Source of the DNA: a virus
Lineage: Duplodnaviria; Heunggongvirae; Uroviricota; Caudoviricetes
Length of the DNA stretch: 64,000 nt
Direction: 5' to 3' (one strand)
IMG/VR virus record: IMGVR_UViG_3300012983_000002
Shown in pieces: positions 8,086 through 17,547 of this stretch. Numbering within the stretch: the first letter of the stretch is position 1; each line of letters opens with the position of its first letter. The notes below the pieces were generated by a model, which did no database searches, had not been told where the DNA came from, and saw only the letters and a program-made list of their open reading frames with translations. Position numbers and translations under genes: made by a program.

Positions 8086-10292
8086 CGGGCGCAGAAGTAC
8101 CAGTACGCGCTCCCAAGACCGCCGTTGAGGTGCAAGGAAGCAGATCCAGCGTGCGGACCGTTGACCAGGGAACCGCCAGAAAGGAACTCCTTAGCCTCAT
8201 TAGTACTCACGTAGAACTTATCACCATGTCCCTCCTGATCAGACGAGCTACCTACCAGTACAGGATAAGCGACACCATTCCAGGAGATAGTCTCGTTATA
8301 GATGAATTTATCTGAAACAGTACCATCCACTACTCCAGAAGGCACATATCCAGCCGTTATCCATGGGGACAATGTATTAGATGTACTGCTCAGTCTAGCT
8401 TTACCATCAGGACATGTAAGGATTACCATCTGACTTGTTGCTGGAGTGATAGAGACTCCATCAATAGTAAGAGCAGTAGATCCATCTCCCTTTACAGCTA
8501 CAGTATCTCCTGCGCAAATGTAACCGCCAGGCATGTACTCTGTACCTTGTACGCGATATGGATGTTTTTGATTTGTAAGAGATGTTACAGACCCGTCGTG
8601 CATTCCAAGTACTCCTGTTCCGCTTACACCACCATTCATCGTCTCTCCACCAAGAGAGAATCCTTGACACGCATATGCACAATACTGAACATCACTACCC
8701 AGGGCGTCCTGATCTGCCTTAGTAGTAACAACAACGAAAGGTTTGACAGGGAATGCTGTATTGTTGGCAGGATCAATTCGCAAGCACAGCTGTCCTGAAT
8801 CACTCTTGATCTCTGCAGTAGGATCAGTCAGATCATACTTAGCAATTTCCGCAATACGCACATACTGTGTAGCATTAGTAGTCGTATATCCGAATGCCAT
8901 AGCATTTCCGATAAGTGCAGCGCTGCCAGCAGAATTATAGCCATTCAAGCAGACTGTACATCCCACCTCGAATGCTCCCTGACTGGAGATAGGGAACAGA
9001 TAACTAGGGGTAGTAATAGCCGCAGCAGCCTTCACAGCGTTTTGGTTATTCTGCGACATACCAGTATGGATCTGCTGTGAGTTCTTATTAGCATTCTTAA
9101 CAATATCAAACAGCATACCGAATGCATTCACGCATGCCTTACCTGGATTAGCAGCGGCCTGATTTCCGAATGCGATAATGTTGTTATAGCTAAGGTTGTT
9201 TCTGAGAGGAGCGTTGAGCTTAGATACCAGACCCTGCGTACTTGTCGAATCATAACCTCCACAGAAGGCAGAATGACACCAATAAGGACGAAGTACAAAT
9301 GAATTGGTAGAAGCATCCCACACCTGACAGGAAGGCCACACATGGAAGTCTTCCTCTGTAAGACCGTGAGCCTCTAATTCGGCGATAGTATCAGCATCCA
9401 GTCCCTCGTATGTAATACCATCAGATACGACAGTACTCCAGGGGGAGTCTGAGATTACCCAGAGCTGTGAGATAGGGGATCCGTTCTCTGTTCCGTCTGC
9501 AGTCAGCCATGTACCGTCTGCTTGCTGGAACTTCTCCGTCTTTACAGCAAACCAGAAGATAGGACCGAATGCAGCAATGTTCTGAGTCTGATCGAATGCT
9601 GGGATATTAAACGTACCAGAAGGTGTAGCAACAGTACCTCCTGTTACACCTCGAATAGCTGTAATGTGCTTTACACCGTACTCGTCCTTAATGTAGTTTC
9701 CGTACTGCCAGTAGAACACCCATTCCTTACCAACATAATCATCTACGCCAAGCGCAGTATCGGTAGAGCAGGCGTGATTAAGATTTTCATTAGCCCACAG
9801 CTTAGCTGTCATATTATTGGCAAAGAAATTACCAGCAGCTGAAATAGTAGGCGCTACATTAGCTACAGCTCCGCTCGCATCCTTGTAAGCGTACGGTACA
9901 CGAGAACCATATACACGTCTAGGAGCTGCTGCCAGAGGGTAATTAGGCTGAGCTACTGCCTTATAATATTCATTGAAATAATTAACTGGGATAGCTGTAC
10001 TAGGAACGGCTGTAGTAGGATAGGTCGGAGCGTCTGCTGCCACATCAGCAAAAATCTGAGCAATCTGATTAAATTTTTCATGCTCAGCTGCTGTAAGATG
10101 TACGGTAGTATTCTGCTCGTGTTCCTGCAGTGAGGTACTCTGATCACCGATGGCCTTAATAACATCAGCCCCGTTTACAGACAGCCGTCCGGCCACTGTT
10201 GCGTCTCCTGTTACAGAGATATTCTTAACAGAGAGTACTGTAGTGTTTACAGTATCTGCTGTCACAACTCCTCGAGAAATTTTTACACTCAT
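8079..10292 (-). CDS. DGR target protein 2 (737 aa), putative receptor-binding/tail fibre protein with a C-terminal variable domain
   Basis: Paralogue of 10403..12640, with shared motifs YWCHSA, LFDI(V/I)K(N/T)ANKN, RVQGTEYM and a C-terminal ...CARD. The VR occupies the last ~35 codons, and a C-type-lectin-like variable region is expected. Confidence 0.8.
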   Translation of the reverse strand: MSVKISRGVVTADTVNTTVLSVKNISVTGDATVAGRLSVNGADVIKAIGDQSTSLQEHEQNTTVHLTAAEHEKFNQIAQIFADVAADAPTYPTTAVPSTAIPVNYFNEYYKAVAQPNYPLAAAPRRVYGSRVPYAYKDASGAVANVAPTISAAGNFFANNMTAKLWANENLNHACSTDTALGVDDYVGKEWVFYWQYGNYIKDEYGVKHITAIRGVTGGTVATPSGTFNIPAFDQTQNIAAFGPIFWFAVKTEKFQQADGTWLTADGTENGSPISQLWVISDSPWSTVVSDGITYEGLDADTIAELEAHGLTEEDFHVWPSCQVWDASTNSFVLRPYWCHSAFCGGYDSTSTQGLVSKLNAPLRNNLSYNNIIAFGNQAAANPGKACVNAFGMLFDIVKNANKNSQQIHTGMSQNNQNAVKAAAAITTPSYLFPISSQGAFEVGCTVCLNGYNSAGSAALIGNAMAFGYTTTNATQYVRIAEIAKYDLTDPTAEIKSDSGQLCLRIDPANNTAFPVKPFVVVTTKADQDALGSDVQYCAYACQGFSLGGETMNGGVSGTGVLGMHDGSVTSLTNQKHPYRVQGTEYMPGGYICAGDTVAVKGDGSTALTIDGVSITPATSQMVILTCPDGKARLSSTSNTLSPWITAGYVPSGVVDGTVSDKFIYNETISWNGVAYPVLVGSSSDQEGHGDKFYVSTNEAKEFLSGGSLVNGPHAGSASLHLNGGLGSAYWYFCARD
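8086..8184 (-). repeat. DGR variable repeat VR2 (3' end of target gene 2)
   Basis: 14 mismatches versus the TR, all at TR adenines. Confidence 0.85.
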
Positions 10293-10350
10293 GATATGTA
10301 TTTCGTTATATTTTGCGTTAATAAATTTGTCAATATAAGATTAGAGGCCC

Positions 10351-10409
10351 TCGAGGGGTAGGAGCTCTGCCCCTCCCCCTCGAACTCCCCCACCCCGATG
10401 GACTAATCA
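10351..10409 (-). promoter_or_regulatory. IMH-like GC-rich element plus hairpin downstream of VR1
   Basis: Identical to 8027..8085. Confidence 0.6.
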
Positions 10410-12640
10410 CGGGCGCAGATGCGCCAGGACGCGTACCCAAGACCGCCGTTGAGGCCCAAGCAAGCAGATCCAGCGTACGTACCGAAGTTCAGGCTACCGC
10501 CAGAAAGGTATTCATACACTCCCTTATTATTACTGCGATAGTAATAATCACCGAAACTATTACTAGAACTGGCACCCTGGCCTATGCTGAGTGTTACGAA
10601 TCCACCAGACTCTGACAGTGTTCCTTGGGCAACATAACCCTCAGTTATAGGACACATGGTCTGCACCTTATATCCAGCATTAATCCAATTAGACACAGTG
10701 CCAGCTCCATTATTAATACGTTTAACATGAGCAGGACAATTAAGGATCATGTAACGTTCTACTCCAGGCTCATTAGTATAGTATTCTCCATTAATCTCTA
10801 TGGGTGTTGTACCGTCATCTCTTATAGCAATCATGTCGGACGATACAGTCCAGGCTCCAACCATATATTCTGTTCCCTGTACTCTGAACGGATGTCTACC
10901 ATTAGTGAGATTAGTACATGCTCCGTCTGTTTTTCCAAGTACAGCATCAGTCTCCCCAGATAGTGCAAATCCCTGTTGAACATAACAGCATGCCCTTACT
11001 CCGGCAGCTTGTAACTCAGCACACGCCTCTTCGGTAGTTCTTACGAGGAATGGTTCAACTGTACCCGGATCTAATACGATACACGGAGCTGTTACTGTAC
11101 CGGCATCTACCGTATCGAACGTACGTAATTCCACAGCACTTATTCTCCCTATCTGTGTCTTTGCTGATCTGCCATTAGATACTCTTAAGATACCTCTATA
11201 CTTAGCCTTAGTAGAATCAACATACATAACACTCTCCAGGTATACTGTGCAGTGTTTCTCGAATTGCTTCTTGGCCTGATCTGCTGTGCCTATCGGGACT
11301 ATATAATCGGCAGAAGCAGTGTTATATGTAGGTACAGCCTTGTATGTTAAATTATCTGTAACGTTCTGATCGTTACTGTAGTTATTGCTCATACCAGTGT
11401 GATAGGCCTGTGTATTCTTATTAGCAGTCTTAATAATATCAAACAGAATCGGGAATCCTGTAATACATGCTGCAGTTCCTCCTCGATTAATAGAAGGGTA
11501 TACTCCACCTACAGCAGCACCATATGCAGCATTAAGGTGATTGTAGGAAAGATTGCTTCTACGAAGAGGAAGATTAGGTTTAGACACAATAGGTCCTGTT
11601 CCTGCCTCATTCTCGGCTCCTGCAAAATAAGCAGAATGGCACCAATACGGGCGTTCTATATACGTGTCGAGGGTAGAGTCATAAACAAGACACTCGGGCC
11701 ATATACGTAAATCTGAGGCCGTTATACCGTGAGAATAAAGTTCCAGGCGTTTCTCATCACTCAACTTATCCCACGGAGAATCAGATATACCCCATAGCTG
11801 AGTAATTGGTTGTCCTGTTTCTGTACCGTCATCTGTAGTCCATCTCTGAACTCCATTAGAGTCAGTGAACTTGTATAGCTCTGTTTTAACGAAGTACCAG
11901 AACTTAGGTCCGAAAGCACATACATTCTTATCTCTACTGAATACTCTACCCGTCTTAGGAAGATCTTTAACAGCAGTAATATGCTTATTACCGTCCTCGT
12001 CAGTAATGTAATTAGCATGTCCCCACCAGAACGCCCATTGCTTTCCTACGTAATCATCTACTCCAGGATTGGTATCTGTAGCGTATGTATGATTGAGGCC
12101 GGCATTATCCATCAGCTTGGCTTCCAGCTTAGCCTTATCAAACTTGGCTATTGGTGTATTAGCTGGAATGCTTGCTATGGAAGACATCAGATAAGTGGAG
12201 TCGAAATTAGCAGCTCCATCTACTTTCTGAGGATAAGGAACTCTGGATATGTAAACCTTACCTGGAGCCTCGTATACTCCCTTCTCTGCTCGATTAGCGA
12301 AGAAGTCATTAAAGAATTGCCAGGAATAAGAACCTGCTGGTAGACGAGGAGGTACAGTGGCTGTAGGAGTAAGCTTACCTGTATTATCAAAAGAGAACCG
12401 GGAAGTTATATTGTTAAAGCTTGTTCTCTCTTGACCAGTGAGATGAACTACTGAATCTGACTTGTGTGACTTCGTACCATCAGCCAATTCTTCGATATGT
12501 TCTCCTACCTTATATTCACCGTCGGTAGGTGTTCCTATGATTAGTTCTCCTTTTACACCCATATTACCTTCTAAGTCCAACGAAGGTCGAGTAAGAGAGT
12601 CTGATAGAATAATTGTTTCTGCATTTAGATCTGCTGCCAT
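10403..12640 (-). CDS. DGR target protein 1 (745 aa), putative receptor-binding/tail fibre protein
   Basis: Paralogue of 8079..10292 with a diverged N-terminus. It ends ...GGLGYASWRICARD, with the VR at its 3' end. Confidence 0.8.
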   Translation of the reverse strand: MAADLNAETIILSDSLTRPSLDLEGNMGVKGELIIGTPTDGEYKVGEHIEELADGTKSHKSDSVVHLTGQERTSFNNITSRFSFDNTGKLTPTATVPPRLPAGSYSWQFFNDFFANRAEKGVYEAPGKVYISRVPYPQKVDGAANFDSTYLMSSIASIPANTPIAKFDKAKLEAKLMDNAGLNHTYATDTNPGVDDYVGKQWAFWWGHANYITDEDGNKHITAVKDLPKTGRVFSRDKNVCAFGPKFWYFVKTELYKFTDSNGVQRWTTDDGTETGQPITQLWGISDSPWDKLSDEKRLELYSHGITASDLRIWPECLVYDSTLDTYIERPYWCHSAYFAGAENEAGTGPIVSKPNLPLRRSNLSYNHLNAAYGAAVGGVYPSINRGGTAACITGFPILFDIIKTANKNTQAYHTGMSNNYSNDQNVTDNLTYKAVPTYNTASADYIVPIGTADQAKKQFEKHCTVYLESVMYVDSTKAKYRGILRVSNGRSAKTQIGRISAVELRTFDTVDAGTVTAPCIVLDPGTVEPFLVRTTEEACAELQAAGVRACCYVQQGFALSGETDAVLGKTDGACTNLTNGRHPFRVQGTEYMVGAWTVSSDMIAIRDDGTTPIEINGEYYTNEPGVERYMILNCPAHVKRINNGAGTVSNWINAGYKVQTMCPITEGYVAQGTLSESGGFVTLSIGQGASSSNSFGDYYYRSNNKGVYEYLSGGSLNFGTYAGSACLGLNGGLGYASWRICARD
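10410..10508 (-). repeat. DGR variable repeat VR1 (3' end of target gene 1)
   Basis: 14 mismatches versus the TR, all at TR adenines, plus one boundary mismatch. Confidence 0.85.
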
Positions 12641-12762
12641 ATTTTCTATTATAGTTAATTATCTCTACGAGGATAGCACGGAGATGTGGTAGATAAAAGA
12701 AAGACACCCTCTCCTGTACTTGACGGAGAGGGTGTGTAGATTATATTGATGAAGATTAGTAA

Positions 12763-13272
12763 TTATCCGTAGATGAAATCAGGGCCTGTTGTTGCCGAGT
12801 TGTAGAACGGCTTTTTACTCACGGTGTCGAACATACAGGGCTTGCCATTCGGGTCTAGGCATGGAACGAAATTGTGAACCACCTCGGTGCCTTGCGATAT
12901 AGATACTTCATAAATGCGGCATCCTCCATTATTGGCCATCGCACCCGAATTATTAAATGCAAATAAATATGCACTATAGCCGATTGATTGTGGTATATCA
13001 CCCAGAGTCGCTGATATTATGTTTCTGTCACTTTGGGCTACAAATATAACCGATCTGCTATTCAGCCAGTTTAGCTCACTTCTGTATACGGAACCCCACT
13101 CACCTTCTGAAAGTGGGAACTTAAACCAGTCATCCCAGCCGTAGCCTATATCCAAAAGTGTCGGATTCGGCGGATAATACCTCGGCCTACATGCCATCCA
13201 CCTTAAATCCAACTCGACGTTTTTCGCAGCGCAAACATCATAATCAGCGGATGTTGTTGCTTGGGCAACCAC
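12763..13272 (-). CDS. hypothetical protein (169 aa), fibre-associated?
   Basis: ORF directly upstream (minus sense) of the DGR targets. Confidence 0.45.
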   Translation of the reverse strand: MVAQATTSADYDVCAAKNVELDLRWMACRPRYYPPNPTLLDIGYGWDDWFKFPLSEGEWGSVYRSELNWLNSRSVIFVAQSDRNIISATLGDIPQSIGYSAYLFAFNNSGAMANNGGCRIYEVSISQGTEVVHNFVPCLDPNGKPCMFDTVSKKPFYNSATTGPDFIYG

Positions 13273-13395
13273 GTATGTGCCGCTTTCGTTGTCGGGTACA
13301 AAGTGCGTGTCAATATACTGCGTACTGTGCTCTGCAGATACTTCACCCGTTTGTACCCGACAGGCAGCACCTCCCCAGCACCCATCGGGCTTATT

Positions 13396-14073
13396 TTACA
13401 CGGAATACTCATATGCTTTGGTAATTACCGTTGTTCCGTTACCTTCATTACGCACTGCAAAACGATAACGCTTATTTGCCGGCAAAATAAAAGAAGGAGC
13501 AGCCCCATTGGGTTCATCTGGCCATACGACTCCTTCGGGCCAGGTTACAGAGTACCCTGTATCTCCAGTCTCCATCCAGATCTCACAGGTCTGCACATAA
13601 CCAGGAGCTGACTTGAATGCGATAGCAGAGAGATCCTGATTACTATTAATTACTCCGAGATCATACACACGACCTGATACCATCTCAGAAGGAATAACAG
13701 CAGGAAGATAAATCTGGGCCTCTCGAAGAAACTCATCAGAAGTTGACACTTCTCCAGATACAGTAACATCACCTTCAACGACCTGATCGCCGGTAAATGT
13801 ATTTCCTCCCTCCAATAATGCTACGCCGGTCAGATCGATAGGACCGCCTGATCCTCCAGACCCACCTGTACCTCCAGAACCACCAGCTCCTACACCGGTT
13901 ACTTCGACAATAATAGCATTATTATCAGACACAAGTACTTCCTCATCAGGAGCAATAAATGTGGTCTGAACATTTGCAGGAATAGTGGCGAGAGTTGTAC
14001 CGTCAGCGGAGATTGTACAACCACTGATACTGTTTACAGAATAGGTTTTACCTGGAGAAGTTAAGAAAATCAT
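13396..14073 (-). CDS. glycine-rich fibre-like protein
   Basis: Collagen-like G-rich tract GVGAGGSGGTGGSGGSGGP, located in a tail-fibre-like module. Confidence 0.5.
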   Translation of the reverse strand: MIFLTSPGKTYSVNSISGCTISADGTTLATIPANVQTTFIAPDEEVLVSDNNAIIVEVTGVGAGGSGGTGGSGGSGGPIDLTGVALLEGGNTFTGDQVVEGDVTVSGEVSTSDEFLREAQIYLPAVIPSEMVSGRVYDLGVINSNQDLSAIAFKSAPGYVQTCEIWMETGDTGYSVTWPEGVVWPDEPNGAAPSFILPANKRYRFAVRNEGNGTTVITKAYEYSV

Positions 14074-14077
14074 AGTA

Positions 14078-14296
14078 TTAATTATAGATTATATTGTTGC
14101 CTATAGTGTTATTATAGTTTCTGATTTCCTGGATTACAGCATCTGGGTCTGTTATATCCAGTTGCTGTCTCGGCGCTACTATTTTAACGGAGCCACCGAT
14201 CGGAATCTCAGCAATAAGCTTGTTGTCCTTAGTATACACAAGTCCTCCCGCTACACTAGCGATTATATACACTTTACCTACAACAAAGTCACGCAT
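14078..14296 (-). CDS. small hypothetical protein
   Basis: 72-aa ORF tightly spaced with its neighbours. Confidence 0.35.
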   Translation of the reverse strand: MRDFVVGKVYIIASVAGGLVYTKDNKLIAEIPIGGSVKIVAPRQQLDITDPDAVIQEIRNYNNTIGNNIIYN

Positions 14297-14404
14297 TTTC
14301 TATCTCTTCTATTGGTGTTTCCTCTTCTGTCGGAGGTTCGGTTTCTACCCATTCGCAAATAAGCTGAGTATCGGTCTCACGCCACTCAGGTACCCAATAA
14401 CCAA

Positions 14405-14914
14405 TCATAGCATAGAGGTGTTGCTATTGGGTATATACCCCGTGTCAACATACTGTGTCCCCGTAGACTCCAGATACTCCAACCTCGTATAAGTAATAGG
14501 TATTTCGTCAATTTCTGTCACCACATTGCTCGGCAACACACGCTCCAGCAAGCTATTCACCTCTTCAATCTGCTCGATAGTAACTTCAGGAGAAAACTGC
14601 AGGTATAACTTATTCTCAGCCGGGATATAATTAATATCAAAATTGGCCTCCCCGACAATAGAGACAAGACCTGATAGAACATCACTAAGCCAGGATGGAA
14701 CTGGTCTGCTACCTACTGCAGTGTTTGTACCCCATCGTACTTCGACAAACTTTGCAGCGTCGTCCCCATCGATAACAATCTTTTTATCTAGAGCAAGAAT
14801 AATAGATTGCCCTCCTGCAGGGATATCTATTGCCATAGCTCCGTTAATGGCCGTACAACCAATTTCACTTGATACGGCGTACATACGTCCTCGACTTGTG
14901 TCTCTTACTTTCAT
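14405..14914 (-). CDS. hypothetical structural protein
   Basis: 169-aa ORF. A 39-aa ORF follows in another frame at 14297..14404. Confidence 0.45.
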   Translation of the reverse strand: MKVRDTSRGRMYAVSSEIGCTAINGAMAIDIPAGGQSIILALDKKIVIDGDDAAKFVEVRWGTNTAVGSRPVPSWLSDVLSGLVSIVGEANFDINYIPAENKLYLQFSPEVTIEQIEEVNSLLERVLPSNVVTEIDEIPITYTRLEYLESTGTQYVDTGYIPNSNTSML

Positions 14915-14954
14915 TAATTCTAATTCTATGCGTTCAGTGGTCCGAGGACTAGTA

Positions 14955-15518
14955 TTAAAATGCGCTAATACCCTGAATATACTTATTTGCTGCGTTGCTA
15001 ATCCGTGCCCCCATCCTATTTAACCGTCCTGTATAGTCAGGCTTTGGTGCAGCGAAGATAGAAGAAACAATCCTACGCTCGCTAGGAGCAGTCCTATGCA
15101 ACGCGGCACCTATAAAATCTCCACCAGGTACAAGGGATTGAAACAACTGATAGGCTGACTTTCTACCGTAATCAAAAGCATTTTTGGGATTCGCAGGATT
15201 GATGTAAGCTTGGAACTTGTTGGCAGCTGAGGCGCGTCCAGCTCCTATTTTTCTAGCAATACCTCTTACAAAATTAGACCTTGAAGGGTCGCTGGATATT
15301 CTACGGGCCTGCCCTGCTATAATTCGTGATGCGTAAGGTCCTGTTAGTTTCTCCGCAGCGTCAAGCCCGTCGAACAGACCCATTTTCATCCCTTTTCCTA
15401 CGTTAGCAATTCTCTGAAACGTATTCCGATACTCCATACCGCGCCAACCGTGACGTGCACCCATCGCGCTTCCTAAAACTCCTAAAACAGCTGATAAATT
15501 AAATGAACGTTTTTCCAT
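14955..15518 (-). CDS. hypothetical protein
   Basis: 187-aa ORF. Confidence 0.5.
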   Translation of the reverse strand: MEKRSFNLSAVLGVLGSAMGARHGWRGMEYRNTFQRIANVGKGMKMGLFDGLDAAEKLTGPYASRIIAGQARRISSDPSRSNFVRGIARKIGAGRASAANKFQAYINPANPKNAFDYGRKSAYQLFQSLVPGGDFIGAALHRTAPSERRIVSSIFAAPKPDYTGRLNRMGARISNAANKYIQGISAF

Positions 15519-15743
15519 ATATAAAATTAAGCCATAGGTTTCTTCATGAATGTTAGCGGCGAGATGTACTGTAAGCCACCTAGCGCCTTATCTGTTAACT
15601 CTTTTAATTTATCTAACATAATTATTAGTTTTGTAAGTTACGCAATATATTAAACGATTGCTATAAATAAAAGTATAAAGACTCGCTAGCTAAAAAGAAA
15701 GACACCCGGGGGAGCCGTAGCTCCCCCGTAGTGCCATTAACTA

Positions 15744-16088
15744 TTACTCTGCCGGAGGTGTAAGCTCAGGCATATTCATTAGACTCAGTTGATCCTGCAC
15801 GTCATCAGGGAGACGAGTACTATCAATATCCCTGATGCTACGCAGATACGCACATGCCGTAGAATACTCTCGATTAGCCTTCATGGTAGAGAATGTCTTT
15901 TTCTTCAAAGCTCTCTTAGCCGACTTGTCATCGGGATGCTCGAGGCAATGAATCTTCAACCGAGCCATTTCCACATATTGCTTCCTCCATTCGTCCTGAA
16001 GGTCAGTACATGCTTCCAGGAGATCATTCACAAGCTTGTCCTTCTTTACAACAAGCTTAGCCAACTTCTTTGCTACAGGTTTCTTCAT
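15744..16088 (-). CDS. hypothetical basic/coiled protein
   Basis: 114-aa ORF. Confidence 0.45.
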   Translation of the reverse strand: MKKPVAKKLAKLVVKKDKLVNDLLEACTDLQDEWRKQYVEMARLKIHCLEHPDDKSAKRALKKKTFSTMKANREYSTACAYLRSIRDIDSTRLPDDVQDQLSLMNMPELTPPAE

Positions 16089-16188
16089 TATTTATCTATT
16101 TCGTAATTTAATTAATAATCGTCAGGATCTCTTAAAGACCAGGCTATTGTTATACAAACAATTAATCCAAGAATAAGCCACATACTAT

Positions 16189-17304
16189 TTATTTATCAGC
16201 GAACACAGCGCCAGCCGCCTTCATAACACCCTGAATAATCTCAGAGCCTACCAATGTACTGGGCAGCTTCAGATCCCTGATGTTCTCTACAAACTTCAGA
16301 CGAACATAGTTATCACCTACAGATTCACTATAGGCCCTAACAGCCGCAGCTTCTGCCTTCTTACCTTCAGCTCGAGCCTTAGCAAGCATCAGCTCACCTT
16401 CAGCTGCCTTCTGAGCCAGGTACAACTCGGCATCTGCCTTACGCTGCGCCTGATACAGTTCAGCATCTGCCTTAGACTGCGCAGCAAGACGTTCGCCTTC
16501 TGCGACCTGCTGAGCGCGACGAGCTTCGGCACGACCTTCTGCTTCTCGAATCTCTTCATTCTTACGAGCGATTGACAGATCGATATCGCGCTTCTCGTCA
16601 GTCTGAGTTGCCTCTACCTTAGCCACGATACCAGCCACAACTTCCTTGGGAGGAGTAGTGCGACCGATATTAATAGACCTCAAAACGAACGGAGTACCGG
16701 CAAGTTCCTTCTGCATGGACTTCTCTACCTGAGCAGTGATCTCAGGAATATGGAGAGCTGCATCAAGCCCGCGATACTGACTTACGGCAGTACGCACAGC
16801 AGTCTGGAACGGCTTCTGCACAAAGGATTCGTAGGCGTCCTTGATCAACGACTCCGGAGACGCATCGACCTCAGCCATAGCACCATAGTTCTCCACGAAC
16901 TCCCTAATCTTGTTACGATCGATTACGAACACAATAGAAGCCTCGGCTGATGTCATCAGATTATCCTTGGACTGGATATTATCAAATGACTCAGCCATAC
17001 GCCACGGAGTAGTAGATACAATACAGGCCTTCTTACGCCAGGTAATACCCGTTGAGTTGGGACCTGTAAGTACGCCTACAAATTCCTTCTTACCAAAGAT
17101 AGGATCACTGTATACGTAGGCAGCATAGCCACCATCTACCTTCACATTGTCCAGGTTACACGACAGGAATATTGTAGTAAGGAGTAAGATTACACCCGTT
17201 ACAACACCTGCAATTATCTTCTTCATAGCTGCCGCTTCCTTAGCTTCTTCAATTTCACGAGCCTTGCGCTGCTCTTCCAAAATAGCTTGATAATTAGTTG
17301 CCAT
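16189..17304 (-). CDS. SPFH/band-7 (prohibitin/HflK-like) membrane protein
   Basis: N-terminal TM segment, followed by an SPFH-like core and a long Ala/Glu/Arg coiled-coil tail (AEARRAQQVAEGERLAAQSKADAELYQAQRKADAELY). Confidence 0.65.
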   Translation of the reverse strand: MATNYQAILEEQRKAREIEEAKEAAAMKKIIAGVVTGVILLLTTIFLSCNLDNVKVDGGYAAYVYSDPIFGKKEFVGVLTGPNSTGITWRKKACIVSTTPWRMAESFDNIQSKDNLMTSAEASIVFVIDRNKIREFVENYGAMAEVDASPESLIKDAYESFVQKPFQTAVRTAVSQYRGLDAALHIPEITAQVEKSMQKELAGTPFVLRSINIGRTTPPKEVVAGIVAKVEATQTDEKRDIDLSIARKNEEIREAEGRAEARRAQQVAEGERLAAQSKADAELYQAQRKADAELYLAQKAAEGELMLAKARAEGKKAEAAAVRAYSESVGDNYVRLKFVENIRDLKLPSTLVGSEIIQGVMKAAGAVFADK

Positions 17305-17310
17305 AATATA

Positions 17311-17544
17311 TTAGAGTCGTTTGATGTTTGTTGTTTCGTAAATGATAAAGTCATTCATGTCAAAGGAATGACCTCGTTCTTTATTATCGTCAATAGCCTT
17401 TAATAAGGCCTTAATCCTATTCTCCGCAGGATATATACCGATGAGCTGACAGTTCTCTGTGTCATTACCGGCATCGTCCTGAGAGGAACCTCCTTGAGTT
17501 ATCACTACATAATGTTTTACTATTGGACGTGGTTTAACTTTCAT
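17311..17544 (-). CDS. small hypothetical protein
   Basis: 77-aa ORF. Confidence 0.4.
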   Translation of the reverse strand: MKVKPRPIVKHYVVITQGGSSQDDAGNDTENCQLIGIYPAENRIKALLKAIDDNKERGHSFDMNDFIIYETTNIKRL

Positions 17545-17547
17545 TAC

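Larger units (their letters stand above)
6524..12640 (-). mobile_element. diversity-generating retroelement cassette: target1(VR1) - target2(VR2) - TR - spacer - RT
   Basis: Co-linear arrangement of RT, TR and two VR-containing genes, with an adenine-specific TR/VR mismatch pattern. Confidence 0.85.

Noticed and set aside
13158-13611. Several plus-strand ORFs (13158..13424, 13261..13611, 13277..13468) and minus 13203..13412
   Set aside because: They overlap each other and the fibre-like minus-strand genes. They are probably frame artefacts or remnants of a frameshift between 12763..13272 and 13396..14073, and are not independently supported.
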